DNA from: Deltaproteobacteria bacterium
Lineage (GTDB): Bacteria > Desulfobacterota > B13-G15 > RBG-16-54-18
DNA length: 30,486 bases
NCBI GenBank assembly: GCA_003646745.1
Contig: QMLM01000001.1
Span: forward strand, 1-30,486
Direction: 5' to 3'
Below the pieces are notes generated by a model. It was not told where the DNA came from. It did not search any database and was given only the letters and a program-made list of their open reading frames with translations. This document shows, in pieces, positions 8,225-17,127 of the stretch; positions within the stretch are counted from its first letter, which is position 1, and the number at the start of each line of letters is the position of its first letter. Made by a program: the position numbers and the translations under genes.

Positions 8225-10195
8225 TCACTTTATCAAGAATATGATGACCACCACTGCGCCCAACAGTATCCCTAGTGCATAACCCTGCACGTAGCCAGTC
8301 TGGATCTTGCGCAGGACCCTCCCCCACCAGAGCATGAGTCCCGCTACCAAATTTACACTTCGATCCACCACCCCATCGTCGAACTCCCGCCAGAAGAAGG
8401 TTCCTATCTTCTTGGCGCTGCTGACGAAACATGCCTCATATATCTCATCGACATAATATTTATTGAAGACGATAGTATAAAGGGTCCTAAATCTTTGGGC
8501 CAGCCTCTTCGGGACATCAGGCTTCAGAATGTAGAGGTATAGAGCAATGCTGATCCCGATCAGGGCGATGACCACAGAGACCACCATCAGGATGATCTCC
8601 CAGTTAACACTTCCTATCTCCTCCACTGCACCGGCGGCATAGGCAGACTTAATTAGGGATAAGGAGGCATGCCCAGCTCCCTCTGGAAGCCCTCCCAATA
8701 CAGGAGCGAGAAACTCATGAAAGTAATTCCTCCCTCCTAGGACATGGGGTATACCCACATAGCCGCCGATCACCGAAAGGACAGCCAAGATGATCAGCGG
8801 TACGGTCATAATAGGTGGGGACTCATGGATGTGTTTTTTTACCTCTTCCGAGGCCCGACATTGGCCCAAAAAGGTAACGAAGGTGAGCCGAAACATATAG
8901 AAGGCGGTCATCCCTGCCGCAACAGCCCCCACCAACCAGAGAAAGAGATGGCCATGAGGGCTGCTGAAGGCCTGCCAGAGAATCTCATCCTTGCTGAAAA
9001 ACCCCGAAAACCCGGGGATCCCCGCAATGGCCAAAGTGGCCATCAAGAAGGTCCAAAAGGTAATGGGGGTCTTCTTCCACAATCCCCCCATCTTTCTCAT
9101 ATCCAATTCCCCGCTGAGGGCGTGCATCACACTGCCCGCCCCCAAAAACAGAAGGCCCTTGAAGAAGGCATGGGTCATGAGGTGAAAAATCCCCGCGCTG
9201 AAGGCCCCTACCCCCACGGCAAGAAACATATACCCCAGCTGACTAATGGTAGAATATGCAAGAACCCGCTTTATGTCGAATTGCAAAATGCCCATAGAGG
9301 CGGCATAGATGGCCGTGGCAGCGCCGAAAATGGCTACCACCGCCATAGAGACCGGAGCCATGCTGTAAATGACGTGACAGCGAGCGATCATATACACTCC
9401 CGAGGTGACCATGGTGGCAGCATGGATTAAGGAGCTAACGGGGGTGGGACCCTCCATGGCATCGGGTAGCCATACATAGAGAGGGATCTGGGCGGACTTG
9501 CCGGTGGCCCCTACGAAGAGCAACAAGGTGATCATGGTCACAGTCACTGGATCGAGGAGATGGGCCTTGGCGAATACCTCGTTGAACTCCAAGGTGCCAA
9601 GGTGGGCAAAGATCAAAAACATCCCCAGCAAGAAGCCGAAGTCCCCTACCCTGTTGACTACAAAGGCCTTCTTGCCCGCATTGGCGGGGGCATCCCTCTC
9701 AAACCAAAAGCCGATCAACAAATAAGAACAAAGCCCTACCCCCTCCCAACCGACAAACATCAACAGGAAGTTGTTGGCCAAAACAAGGGTGAGCATCATG
9801 AAGACAAAGAGGTTGAGATAGGCAAAATACCTGGTAAATCCTGGATCATCGTGCATATAGCCCACAGAGTAGATATGGATGAAAAAGCTCACCCCGCTGA
9901 CCACCATGGCCATAACGATTGATAGAGGATCGATCTTGTAGCCAATTACCGTTTTGAGCCCTCCGGAGACTATCCAATCGAACAGGACTTTATCGGGTAC
10001 GGCGGCTCGGGCATCAGGGGGGAGTTTCAGCAGGCTGAAAAAGACCAAGATGGAGAAGAAGAAAGAAAGCCCCAGTACTGAACACGCCACCCAACTGACC
10101 ACCCTCTTGTCGAGGTTATACCACCTCCCAATCAGACCGTTGAAGAGAAATCCCACGGCAGGCAATAGAGGTATCAACCAAACATATTCGATCAT
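8225..10195 (-). CDS. nuoL: NADH-quinone oxidoreductase subunit L
   Basis: [49 protein letters not shown] and FSKDEIL motifs; long C-terminal region. Confidence 0.95.
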   Translation of the reverse strand: MIEYVWLIPLLPAVGFLFNGLIGRWYNLDKRVVSWVACSVLGLSFFFSILVFFSLLKLPPDARAAVPDKVLFDWIVSGGLKTVIGYKIDPLSIVMAMVVSGVSFFIHIYSVGYMHDDPGFTRYFAYLNLFVFMMLTLVLANNFLLMFVGWEGVGLCSYLLIGFWFERDAPANAGKKAFVVNRVGDFGFLLGMFLIFAHLGTLEFNEVFAKAHLLDPVTVTMITLLLFVGATGKSAQIPLYVWLPDAMEGPTPVSSLIHAATMVTSGVYMIARCHVIYSMAPVSMAVVAIFGAATAIYAASMGILQFDIKRVLAYSTISQLGYMFLAVGVGAFSAGIFHLMTHAFFKGLLFLGAGSVMHALSGELDMRKMGGLWKKTPITFWTFLMATLAIAGIPGFSGFFSKDEILWQAFSSPHGHLFLWLVGAVAAGMTAFYMFRLTFVTFLGQCRASEEVKKHIHESPPIMTVPLIILAVLSVIGGYVGIPHVLGGRNYFHEFLAPVLGGLPEGAGHASLSLIKSAYAAGAVEEIGSVNWEIILMVVSVVIALIGISIALYLYILKPDVPKRLAQRFRTLYTIVFNKYYVDEIYEACFVSSAKKIGTFFWREFDDGVVDRSVNLVAGLMLWWGRVLRKIQTGYVQGYALGILLGAVVVIIFLIK

Positions 10196-10214
10196 AGGGC
10201 GCTCCTTGCTGCCT

Positions 10215-10526
10215 TCACCATTTTAATAGATTTATCTCATCCACCTTTATAGTCCCCCGCCCCCGGTAAAGGAGGACGAAGATGGCTAAGCCCACCGCCG
10301 CCTCAGCCGCCGCCACTGTCATCACAAAAAAGACCATCAAGACCCCATCTAGGGAATCTAAATAGTGGGAGGCGGTGATCAGACTGAGGTTGACGGCACT
10401 GAGCATCATCTCAATACACATAAAGATGACGATGGCATCTCTTCTGATCAGAACTCCTACCGCCCCAATAGCAAAGATTAGGGCACTCACAATCAGGTAA
10501 CAGACTGGTGGCACATTAGGAAGCAT
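10215..10526 (-). CDS. nuoK: NADH-quinone oxidoreductase subunit K
   Basis: [11 protein letters not shown] and [12 protein letters not shown] motifs. Confidence 0.95.
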   Translation of the reverse strand: MLPNVPPVCYLIVSALIFAIGAVGVLIRRDAIVIFMCIEMMLSAVNLSLITASHYLDSLDGVLMVFFVMTVAAAEAAVGLAIFVLLYRGRGTIKVDEINLLKW

Positions 10527-10531
10527 CTTAC

Positions 10532-11056
10532 CTACCTCTCCTTTTTGCTTAGGATCACTGCTCCAATGATCCCCACCAACAACAGGATGGAGGCCACCTC
10601 AAAGGGGAAGAGGAAGCGGGTAAATAACAGACTCGCCACCGCCTTGATATCGCCCATCTGGGCAATCTTTTCCGGTGTGAACTCCCCCTTTACCCCCGGC
10701 AATACCCTCAGGGCAATCCCATAGACAAGCTCAGCAAAAAGAATTAAGGCCACTACTAGCCCTATTACCTTAGCAGGGGAAAGACGGACCTTATAAGTCC
10801 TCCTCTCCTCCTCCACACTCAACAACATGATGACGAAGATGACCAACATCATGATGGCCCCAGCATAAATCATCACCTGGATGATGGCGATGAACTGGGA
10901 GTTAAGAAGCAAATAGAGGACAGCAATACAAAGAAAATTAAGCACCAAAAACAAAGCCGAGTGGATCGGATTGCGGCGAGTAATTACCATCACCGCAGCA
11001 AATATAGCAGTAAGAGCGGTCAAAATAAAGACGATCCAATGAAAGAGGCTCCCCAT
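10532..11056 (-). CDS. nuoJ: NADH-quinone oxidoreductase subunit J
   Basis: [21 protein letters not shown] and [17 protein letters not shown] motifs. Confidence 0.95.
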   Translation of the reverse strand: MGSLFHWIVFILTALTAIFAAVMVITRRNPIHSALFLVLNFLCIAVLYLLLNSQFIAIIQVMIYAGAIMMLVIFVIMLLSVEEERRTYKVRLSPAKVIGLVVALILFAELVYGIALRVLPGVKGEFTPEKIAQMGDIKAVASLLFTRFLFPFEVASILLLVGIIGAVILSKKER

Positions 11057-11062
11057 GATTAT

Positions 11063-11476
11063 CTACCCCTCCTTCGGTGCGTTGGCCAAAAGCCTCTCTT
11101 TGTCTAAGACGAAGTCTTCTCGACGGTAATCCACAAACTCATAGTTTTTGCCCAATTTGATGGCATTTACCGGACAGGCCTCGGCGCAGAACCCGCAGAA
11201 AATACACCTCGTGACATTTATCTCATAGGTCTCGGGGTACCTTTCCCCTGACTCCAACTCTACGGCTACCAGATGGATGCAATTAGAGGGACACACTGCC
11301 ACACAGAGTCCACATGCCACACAACGGGTATCACCTTTTTCATTTCGCTCGAAAAAATGTACTCCCCTCCACCTAGGGGCCACCTCCCGCTTCTGCTCAG
11401 GATACTGGATGGTCACCGGGCGGGAGAAGAACCTCTTTAGGGTAAGCCTCAATCCTCTCAACAGTGGGACGATCAT
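11063..11476 (-). CDS. nuoI: NADH-quinone oxidoreductase subunit I
   Basis: TIQYPE, CVACGLCVAVCP and CIFCGFCAEACP (2x[4Fe-4S]); position after nuoH. Confidence 0.95.
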   Translation of the reverse strand: MIVPLLRGLRLTLKRFFSRPVTIQYPEQKREVAPRWRGVHFFERNEKGDTRCVACGLCVAVCPSNCIHLVAVELESGERYPETYEINVTRCIFCGFCAEACPVNAIKLGKNYEFVDYRREDFVLDKERLLANAPKEG

Positions 11477-11491
11477 CGTATTACACTCCCT

Positions 11492-12487
11492 TTAAAGGAC
11501 CATGATCAAGCCGGTAAAAAATATATTGGCCAAGGTTAAAGGCAAAAGGACCTTCCAACCGAGCTTCATGATCTGGTCATACCTCAACCTAGGGAAAGTC
11601 CCCCTTTCCCAGATACAGAAGTATACAAGTACACCGGTCTTTATCACGAACCAGATCCAGGAAAGTGAAGGGGGTAAGAAAGGACCATGCCATCCCCCAA
11701 GAAATAGCGTAGTGGCAATAGCACATACCGCCACCAAATGGGCGTATTCCGCCATGAAGAAGAGGGAGAACTTCATGCTGCTGTACTCGATGTTAAAACC
11801 ACAGGCCAGCTCTGCCTCCGCCTCAGGCATATCAAAGGGAGTCCGGTTGATCTCAGCAATGGCGCAGACCAGATAAAAGATAAAGGCGAAGGGTTGATAG
11901 AGGACATTCCAATGCCCTCCAGCCTGCCTTTGAACGATCTCCCCTAAATTGAGGGTCCCCGAGATCATCAACACCCCGATCACCGAAAGGCCCAAGGCCA
12001 ACTCATAACTTATCATCTGGGCTGCCGCTCTCAGGGCCCCGATCACCCCATATTTGTTATAACCCGACCAGCCACCAAGCACAACGCCATACTCCCCTAA
12101 GGAAGCAATACCGAAGACATAAAGTAGACCGATATCTAGGTCGGCTATGGTAAGGGAGACAGTCCTGCCAAAGATCTCAATCTTATCCCCAAAGGGGATC
12201 ACGGCAAAGAGGCACAGCGCCGCCACAATACTGATCATGGGGGCGATGATAAAAATGGTTTTATCCGCCTTAGCCGGAACCACTTCTTCTTTAAAGAAGG
12301 CCTTGATCCCATCGGCGATGGGCTGAAGGAGACCAAAAGGCCCCACCCTATTGGGCCCATATCTTACCTGGATATGACCCAACACCTTTCTCTCCACAAG
12401 GGTAAGATAGGCCACCGTACCCATTAGGACGGCAAAGACCACCACCACCTTCACCACGGCCTCAATCAGAAAATAGACTAGCTCCAT
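11492..12487 (-). CDS. nuoH: NADH-quinone oxidoreductase subunit H
   Basis: ERKVLGHIQVRYGPNRVGPFGLLQPIADGIK, AAQMISYE, NRTPFDMPEAEAEL and FPRLRYDQ motifs. Confidence 0.95.
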   Translation of the reverse strand: MELVYFLIEAVVKVVVVFAVLMGTVAYLTLVERKVLGHIQVRYGPNRVGPFGLLQPIADGIKAFFKEEVVPAKADKTIFIIAPMISIVAALCLFAVIPFGDKIEIFGRTVSLTIADLDIGLLYVFGIASLGEYGVVLGGWSGYNKYGVIGALRAAAQMISYELALGLSVIGVLMISGTLNLGEIVQRQAGGHWNVLYQPFAFIFYLVCAIAEINRTPFDMPEAEAELACGFNIEYSSMKFSLFFMAEYAHLVAVCAIATTLFLGGWHGPFLPPSLSWIWFVIKTGVLVYFCIWERGTFPRLRYDQIMKLGWKVLLPLTLANIFFTGLIMVL

Positions 12488-12497
12488 CCTCTACCCC

Positions 12498-15062
12498 TCA
12501 AACCTTCTCTAACCTGGCGGGAATCCTCCCGTAAGCTGGTACTAAAGAAACAGCATCCAATTGCGGACCCACTAGTTGGGAGGCATCCACTTCATAAAAG
12601 GGGAGATAAAGGGAAAGAACACCCTTCCTCATCCCCTCGGATCTCCTTATCTCTACCTGCACCTCACCCCAGGGGGTGGTAACCTTCACCTTGTCTCCAT
12701 CCCCAATACCCATCTCCTCGGCCTGCTCGGCGCTCATCTCTAAATAAGGATAGGAGAAGACCTTTGCCAACCCCTGAGCCCTCCTCTGGGGGCCAGAGCC
12801 TGTGAGGTGATTATAAAATATGCCCTCTACGGAAAGTAAAAAGGGATAGCCCTCCTCTTGCCCCTCCTGGGTGGGTCCTACAGGGCTAAAGACCGCCTTT
12901 TCCAAAAGATTATCCCTACCCCCACCCCGCAATTGGGTATCTGAGGCCTCAAATTCCAGCCCTCCATAGAGGGGATTGACACCTCTGATCTCCTCAAAGG
13001 TCCCTGCTGGAGACTCAGCCTTCATCTCCTTGCCCATGAAGGCCGCCAGATCCGATAAAACCTCACCTTCCCACCTCAGACCATCTGGGGGCTCCAAGGC
13101 CTTGCGCAACCTCTGAACCCTTCCCTCACAATTGGTATATGTACCGTCCAACTCAGCAAAGGATAGGGCCGGTAGGACCACATGGGCCTGCTCGGCCGTC
13201 TCTGAAAAGAACATATCCTGAACTACCAACAGCTCCAGGGCCTTTAGCCCCTCTTCTACGAGAGACCTGGGAAGGGTAATCAGGGGGTTTTCCCCCAAGA
13301 TAAACAAGGCCTTTAATTCCCCCTTGGAAGCTGCCTGAAACATCTCCACTGCCGAAAGCCCCCTTCCATTTCCTGGACGATACCCCGAAAGGAGCAGGGG
13401 AGTTGCCCCCATCTCCACGGCACCTACCATATTGGCCTGAGGTCCGACAAAGTGAAAACCCCCTCCACCGGTAAGGGCCCCGGCAAGAAGCGCCAAGTTG
13501 ACCAACCCCTTCACCTGATCTACCCCGTATGGCTGCTGCCCGAAAGGAGGAGAACAGATAAAGGCGGGCCTTTTCGCCTTGGCAAGGTGCTGTGCCGCCT
13601 CTGTAAGCAGCTCCTGAGAGACGCCAATTAGCTCCTCTACATGCTCAGGCGTAAACTTCTTGGCGGCCTCCTTGAGGGCATCCAAGCCTTCTACTGCCTC
13701 CACCCCCACTGCCCAGGCCTCTGGACCTTTCTCCAATAGGAGGTGGATCAATCCATTTGCCCAGACCAACTCGTCCCCGGGTCGTAGGCAGAACCAACAA
13801 TCTGCCTCTTCGGCCAATCTGACCCGTCTGGGGTGAACCAGTATGAGGTGCGCCCCTTTTCTCCAGAGGGCCTCCCTGACCCGATTGGCGGCGATGAGAT
13901 TATCCCTGTCCAAATCCCCTCCCACTACCACTATACAGTCGGCATCGGCAACATCATCCAAAGTGCTTGGCAGATAATCCCTGCCCAAAACCTCTTTTAT
14001 GGCCAGCCGGTACGGTTCCAGACATAGCCTACCAGTAGTATCTACATTATTGGTCCCCACCACCTCCCTCATGAATTTCTGAAAGAGGTAGACTTCCTCA
14101 TTAGTGCAGCGCGGGGATATCAACCCCCCAACTGTCCCAGGGCCGCTGCTCAAGATGACTTTGTTGATCATCGCTGCAACATAAGAGAGGGCCTCCTCCC
14201 ACGGTACCTCCTTCCAGTTCCCCGCCCCCTTAATCATGGGCCTGGTAATCCTTTCCGTACCATGGAGGAAGTCATATCCAAATCTCCCCCTTACACAGAG
14301 GCTCCCCCTGTTAGCCCCCTTATCGTCCTGGCTCGTCACCCCTATTACCCGGTTCTCGAAGATATTCAGCTCGAGCTGGCAGCCCAGGGAACAGTAGTTG
14401 CAAGTGGTGAGAACCTTTTGTTGTTGCCAGGGGCGTGCCTTGATCCTGCTGACCCTCTCGGTCAAAGCCCCTACAGGGCAGACCCTGAGACATTCCCCAC
14501 AGGAGATACAGGCCGCAGGGTCCCTTATCCCCACCTCCGCCTCATATCCCTTTCCCACCAGCTCTATAGCCCACGCTCTAGCGATCTCGTGGTCGGCCCT
14601 GATGCAACGCAAACACATAACGCAACGGTCCGCCCACTGCCTGATCAGGGGAGTGGCAAACTCCCTCATTCCCTTAGAGGACCTGGTGGCCTGATACTCC
14701 TGCTGATCTATACCGAACTCGAACACCAAATTTTGCAGTTCACATGCACCAGCCGCATCACATTGAGGACAGTCTAAAGGGTGATTAAGCAAAATGAGTT
14801 TGAGGGCATCACGGCGAATGCGCTCCAGCCTCTCCGTCTGGGTGCGAACCACTATTCCATCCTGCACATAGGTAGTACAAGCGGTCATGGGCCTCTCCGC
14901 ACCTTCTATCTCCACCACACAGAGGCGACAAGAACCGATGGGGATCAACCGAGGATGATAGCAGAGGGTAGGTATATAGATCCCGTTCTCCCGCGCCACC
15001 TCCAGGATGGTTTTGTCTGACTCAGCCGTGATCTGCTTGCCATCTATGGTCAATCTAACCAT
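12498..15062 (-). CDS. NuoG/formate-dehydrogenase-alpha-like Fe-S protein resembling Geobacter SfrA (NADPH oxidoreductase alpha subunit)
   Basis: [2Fe-2S] (PTLC..GSCRLC..C), HPLDCPQCDAAGAC, CVMCLRCIRADHEI/CISCGECLRVCP and CNYCSLGC..C motifs, then a degenerate molybdopterin-oxidoreductase body. Start moved to ATG 15062 (GGAGGAG upstream). SfrA similarity is from recall, not a search. Confidence 0.75.
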   Translation of the reverse strand: MVRLTIDGKQITAESDKTILEVARENGIYIPTLCYHPRLIPIGSCRLCVVEIEGAERPMTACTTYVQDGIVVRTQTERLERIRRDALKLILLNHPLDCPQCDAAGACELQNLVFEFGIDQQEYQATRSSKGMREFATPLIRQWADRCVMCLRCIRADHEIARAWAIELVGKGYEAEVGIRDPAACISCGECLRVCPVGALTERVSRIKARPWQQQKVLTTCNYCSLGCQLELNIFENRVIGVTSQDDKGANRGSLCVRGRFGYDFLHGTERITRPMIKGAGNWKEVPWEEALSYVAAMINKVILSSGPGTVGGLISPRCTNEEVYLFQKFMREVVGTNNVDTTGRLCLEPYRLAIKEVLGRDYLPSTLDDVADADCIVVVGGDLDRDNLIAANRVREALWRKGAHLILVHPRRVRLAEEADCWFCLRPGDELVWANGLIHLLLEKGPEAWAVGVEAVEGLDALKEAAKKFTPEHVEELIGVSQELLTEAAQHLAKAKRPAFICSPPFGQQPYGVDQVKGLVNLALLAGALTGGGGFHFVGPQANMVGAVEMGATPLLLSGYRPGNGRGLSAVEMFQAASKGELKALFILGENPLITLPRSLVEEGLKALELLVVQDMFFSETAEQAHVVLPALSFAELDGTYTNCEGRVQRLRKALEPPDGLRWEGEVLSDLAAFMGKEMKAESPAGTFEEIRGVNPLYGGLEFEASDTQLRGGGRDNLLEKAVFSPVGPTQEGQEEGYPFLLSVEGIFYNHLTGSGPQRRAQGLAKVFSYPYLEMSAEQAEEMGIGDGDKVKVTTPWGEVQVEIRRSEGMRKGVLSLYLPFYEVDASQLVGPQLDAVSLVPAYGRIPARLEKV

Positions 15063-15078
15063 CGCTCCTCCCATCTTA

Positions 15079-17034
15079 CTACCCTATGGCCACCATACCG
15101 ACGCGATAACAACGCAGGCAGCGAGCAGCTTCCCGCATGGCCGTATCGACGGGAAAACCTTCCTCCACCTCCTCAAAGCTCCACTTCCTGGTGTCTGCAG
15201 GGAGGGCCTTGAGCTGTTCCCTCTTCCTGCCCGGGATGATCCCAATATGCTCCTCAGGGTCGTAGACCCCTATCTCACCCATCAACTTCTCCAGCCGCTC
15301 GTCATCGCTAGCCTCTACTTTCTCACCCCTTAGGTAAAGGTCTATCATCTCTGCAGCCAATCGACCACTACCCGCCGCCCTTACCAGGACATCAGGGCCG
15401 GTGACGCAATCTCCTGCGGAAAAGATCTCGGGTTGTGAGGTCTCCATAGTCTCATTATTTACCACCACGGTAGACCATTTGGTGGCCTGCACTCCATCCT
15501 TTTCATCCAAAAAGGATAAATCAACACGTTGGCCAATGGCCGGGATTAATATATCCGTGTCAACGACAAACTCTGAGCCCTTGATGGGAACCGGTCTACG
15601 CCTGCCCGATTCGTCCGGCTCCCCCAGTTCCATCCTAATACACTCTACCCCCACTACCTTTCCCTCCTTAGCGATAATCTTAGTGGGAGCACAGAGATAC
15701 TCAAACTTCACCCCTTCTTCTTCAGCAGCATGTATCTCCTCTTCATCGGCGGGCATCTCTCGACGGGTACGACGATAAAAGAGGTTAACGTCCTTCTTCC
15801 CTATCCGGAAGGAGCTGCGCACACAATCTATGGCAACATTACCCCCCCCTACTACCACTACCCTATCCCCATCTGGATAGGGATCTTTCCCCTTATTTAT
15901 GCTAAAAAGGTATTGTACCCCGGGAATAAAACCCTTATATCCTGCATCTTCCCCCTCCACACGCATAGGGGTGGATCCTTGGGCCCCCACCCCAATAAAG
16001 ATGGCGTCGTACTCCTTTTTCATATCGCTGATGCTTATGTCTTTTCCTACTTCGGTATTATATCTGATTTCTACCCCCAAGGAGGTGATGATATCCACCT
16101 CCCGGCGCAGGATGTGACGGGGCAGTCGGTAGTCGGGGATACCTACCGCGGCCATCCCTCCTGGTTCATCCAGCCTTTCAAAGATGGTGATCGGATAACC
16201 CTTAAGGGCTAAGTAATAGGCACAAGTAAGACCGGCTGGGCCTGCTCCAATGACCGCCACCTTTTTGTCCTTTCTGTCCTGAGGGGTGGGGATAAGGGGC
16301 TTTCTCTTTTTCTCTATCTCATAATCGGCCACAAACCTCTTTAGGTGCCTGATGTCGAGGGCCTCATCTACATTGAGCCTGCGGCAGTTGGACTCACAGG
16401 GACGAATGCATACCCTCCCTAAGGTACCTGGCAGACAGGTTCTCTCCCTGATAACCCGAAGGGAGTCGGCGAAATCTCCCTCTGCTATACACTCAATATA
16501 AGTGGGGATGTTCAAATGAGCAGGGCAGGCATTCATACAGGGGGCGGTGAGTTTAACCTTATAATTTCCTCGCGGAACCTTCTTCTTGCCCCTGATCACC
16601 TCCTCAAACTCCTCGCGAAAATACTTCAAGGCCATCAGGAGGGGGAAGGGACCAGTCTGGCCTAGATTGCACTTGGAACCCTCTAAAATGGAGTGCCCCA
16701 AAGACTCCATCAACTCCAGATCCTCCATTCTCCCCTCACCCTGCGTGATCCTGTCCAAGGTCTCGGCGATCACCTTGGTGCCAACCCTGCAGGGGAAACA
16801 TTTCCCGCAGGACTCCTTCTGTACCGCCTCCATATATGCCCGGCACATATCGACAATGCTGACATCTGTGTCGCGCACGGCAAAACCGTTCCAACCCATG
16901 AAGGCCTTTATTCGAACGCCCGGTTTGAATTCAGCGGGCAATTTTAGCCTCTCCGGCTCGGCATATTCCTGCGGGGCCTTCCCCCTGTTATCGGTCAGTT
17001 TTCCTCCCCAATAGCTAAAAACTACATCTGCCAT
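15079..17034 (-). CDS. GltD-like FAD/NAD(P)H oxidoreductase with N-terminal NuoF-type [4Fe-4S] domain, resembling Geobacter SfrB
   Basis: ESCGKCFPCRVG..C (NuoF N3-like), APCMNACP/GRVCIRPCESNCRR (GltD Fe-S), GAGPAG (FAD), GGGNVAIDC with YRRTRREMPA (NADPH-type basic motif), C-terminal EAARCLRC. N-terminus VVFSYWG..DNR..AFMGW resembles SfrB as recalled. Start at ATG 17034. Confidence 0.8.
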   Translation of the reverse strand: MADVVFSYWGGKLTDNRGKAPQEYAEPERLKLPAEFKPGVRIKAFMGWNGFAVRDTDVSIVDMCRAYMEAVQKESCGKCFPCRVGTKVIAETLDRITQGEGRMEDLELMESLGHSILEGSKCNLGQTGPFPLLMALKYFREEFEEVIRGKKKVPRGNYKVKLTAPCMNACPAHLNIPTYIECIAEGDFADSLRVIRERTCLPGTLGRVCIRPCESNCRRLNVDEALDIRHLKRFVADYEIEKKRKPLIPTPQDRKDKKVAVIGAGPAGLTCAYYLALKGYPITIFERLDEPGGMAAVGIPDYRLPRHILRREVDIITSLGVEIRYNTEVGKDISISDMKKEYDAIFIGVGAQGSTPMRVEGEDAGYKGFIPGVQYLFSINKGKDPYPDGDRVVVVGGGNVAIDCVRSSFRIGKKDVNLFYRRTRREMPADEEEIHAAEEEGVKFEYLCAPTKIIAKEGKVVGVECIRMELGEPDESGRRRPVPIKGSEFVVDTDILIPAIGQRVDLSFLDEKDGVQATKWSTVVVNNETMETSQPEIFSAGDCVTGPDVLVRAAGSGRLAAEMIDLYLRGEKVEASDDERLEKLMGEIGVYDPEEHIGIIPGRKREQLKALPADTRKWSFEEVEEGFPVDTAMREAARCLRCYRVGMVAIG

Positions 17035-17127
17035 CGTCACCTCAAATCTATATAACGTATTAAAGTCGCATACAATTCAAACGAAGATTAAATCGCTCTA
17101 CCCTTCGCCACATAATAAAAGGGCTGG

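Noticed and set aside
5928-10226. Long plus-strand ORFs opposite nuoN/M/L (for example 6556-7398 and 8744-9430)
   Set aside because: Antisense shadows of hydrophobic genes with biased codons; His/Gln/Pro-rich translations with no motifs or RBS support.
12498-15062. Bona fide formate dehydrogenase alpha subunit
   Set aside because: The catalytic His after the Cys/Sec position is absent, the cofactor motifs are degenerate, and the overall pattern fits SfrA/NuoG better.
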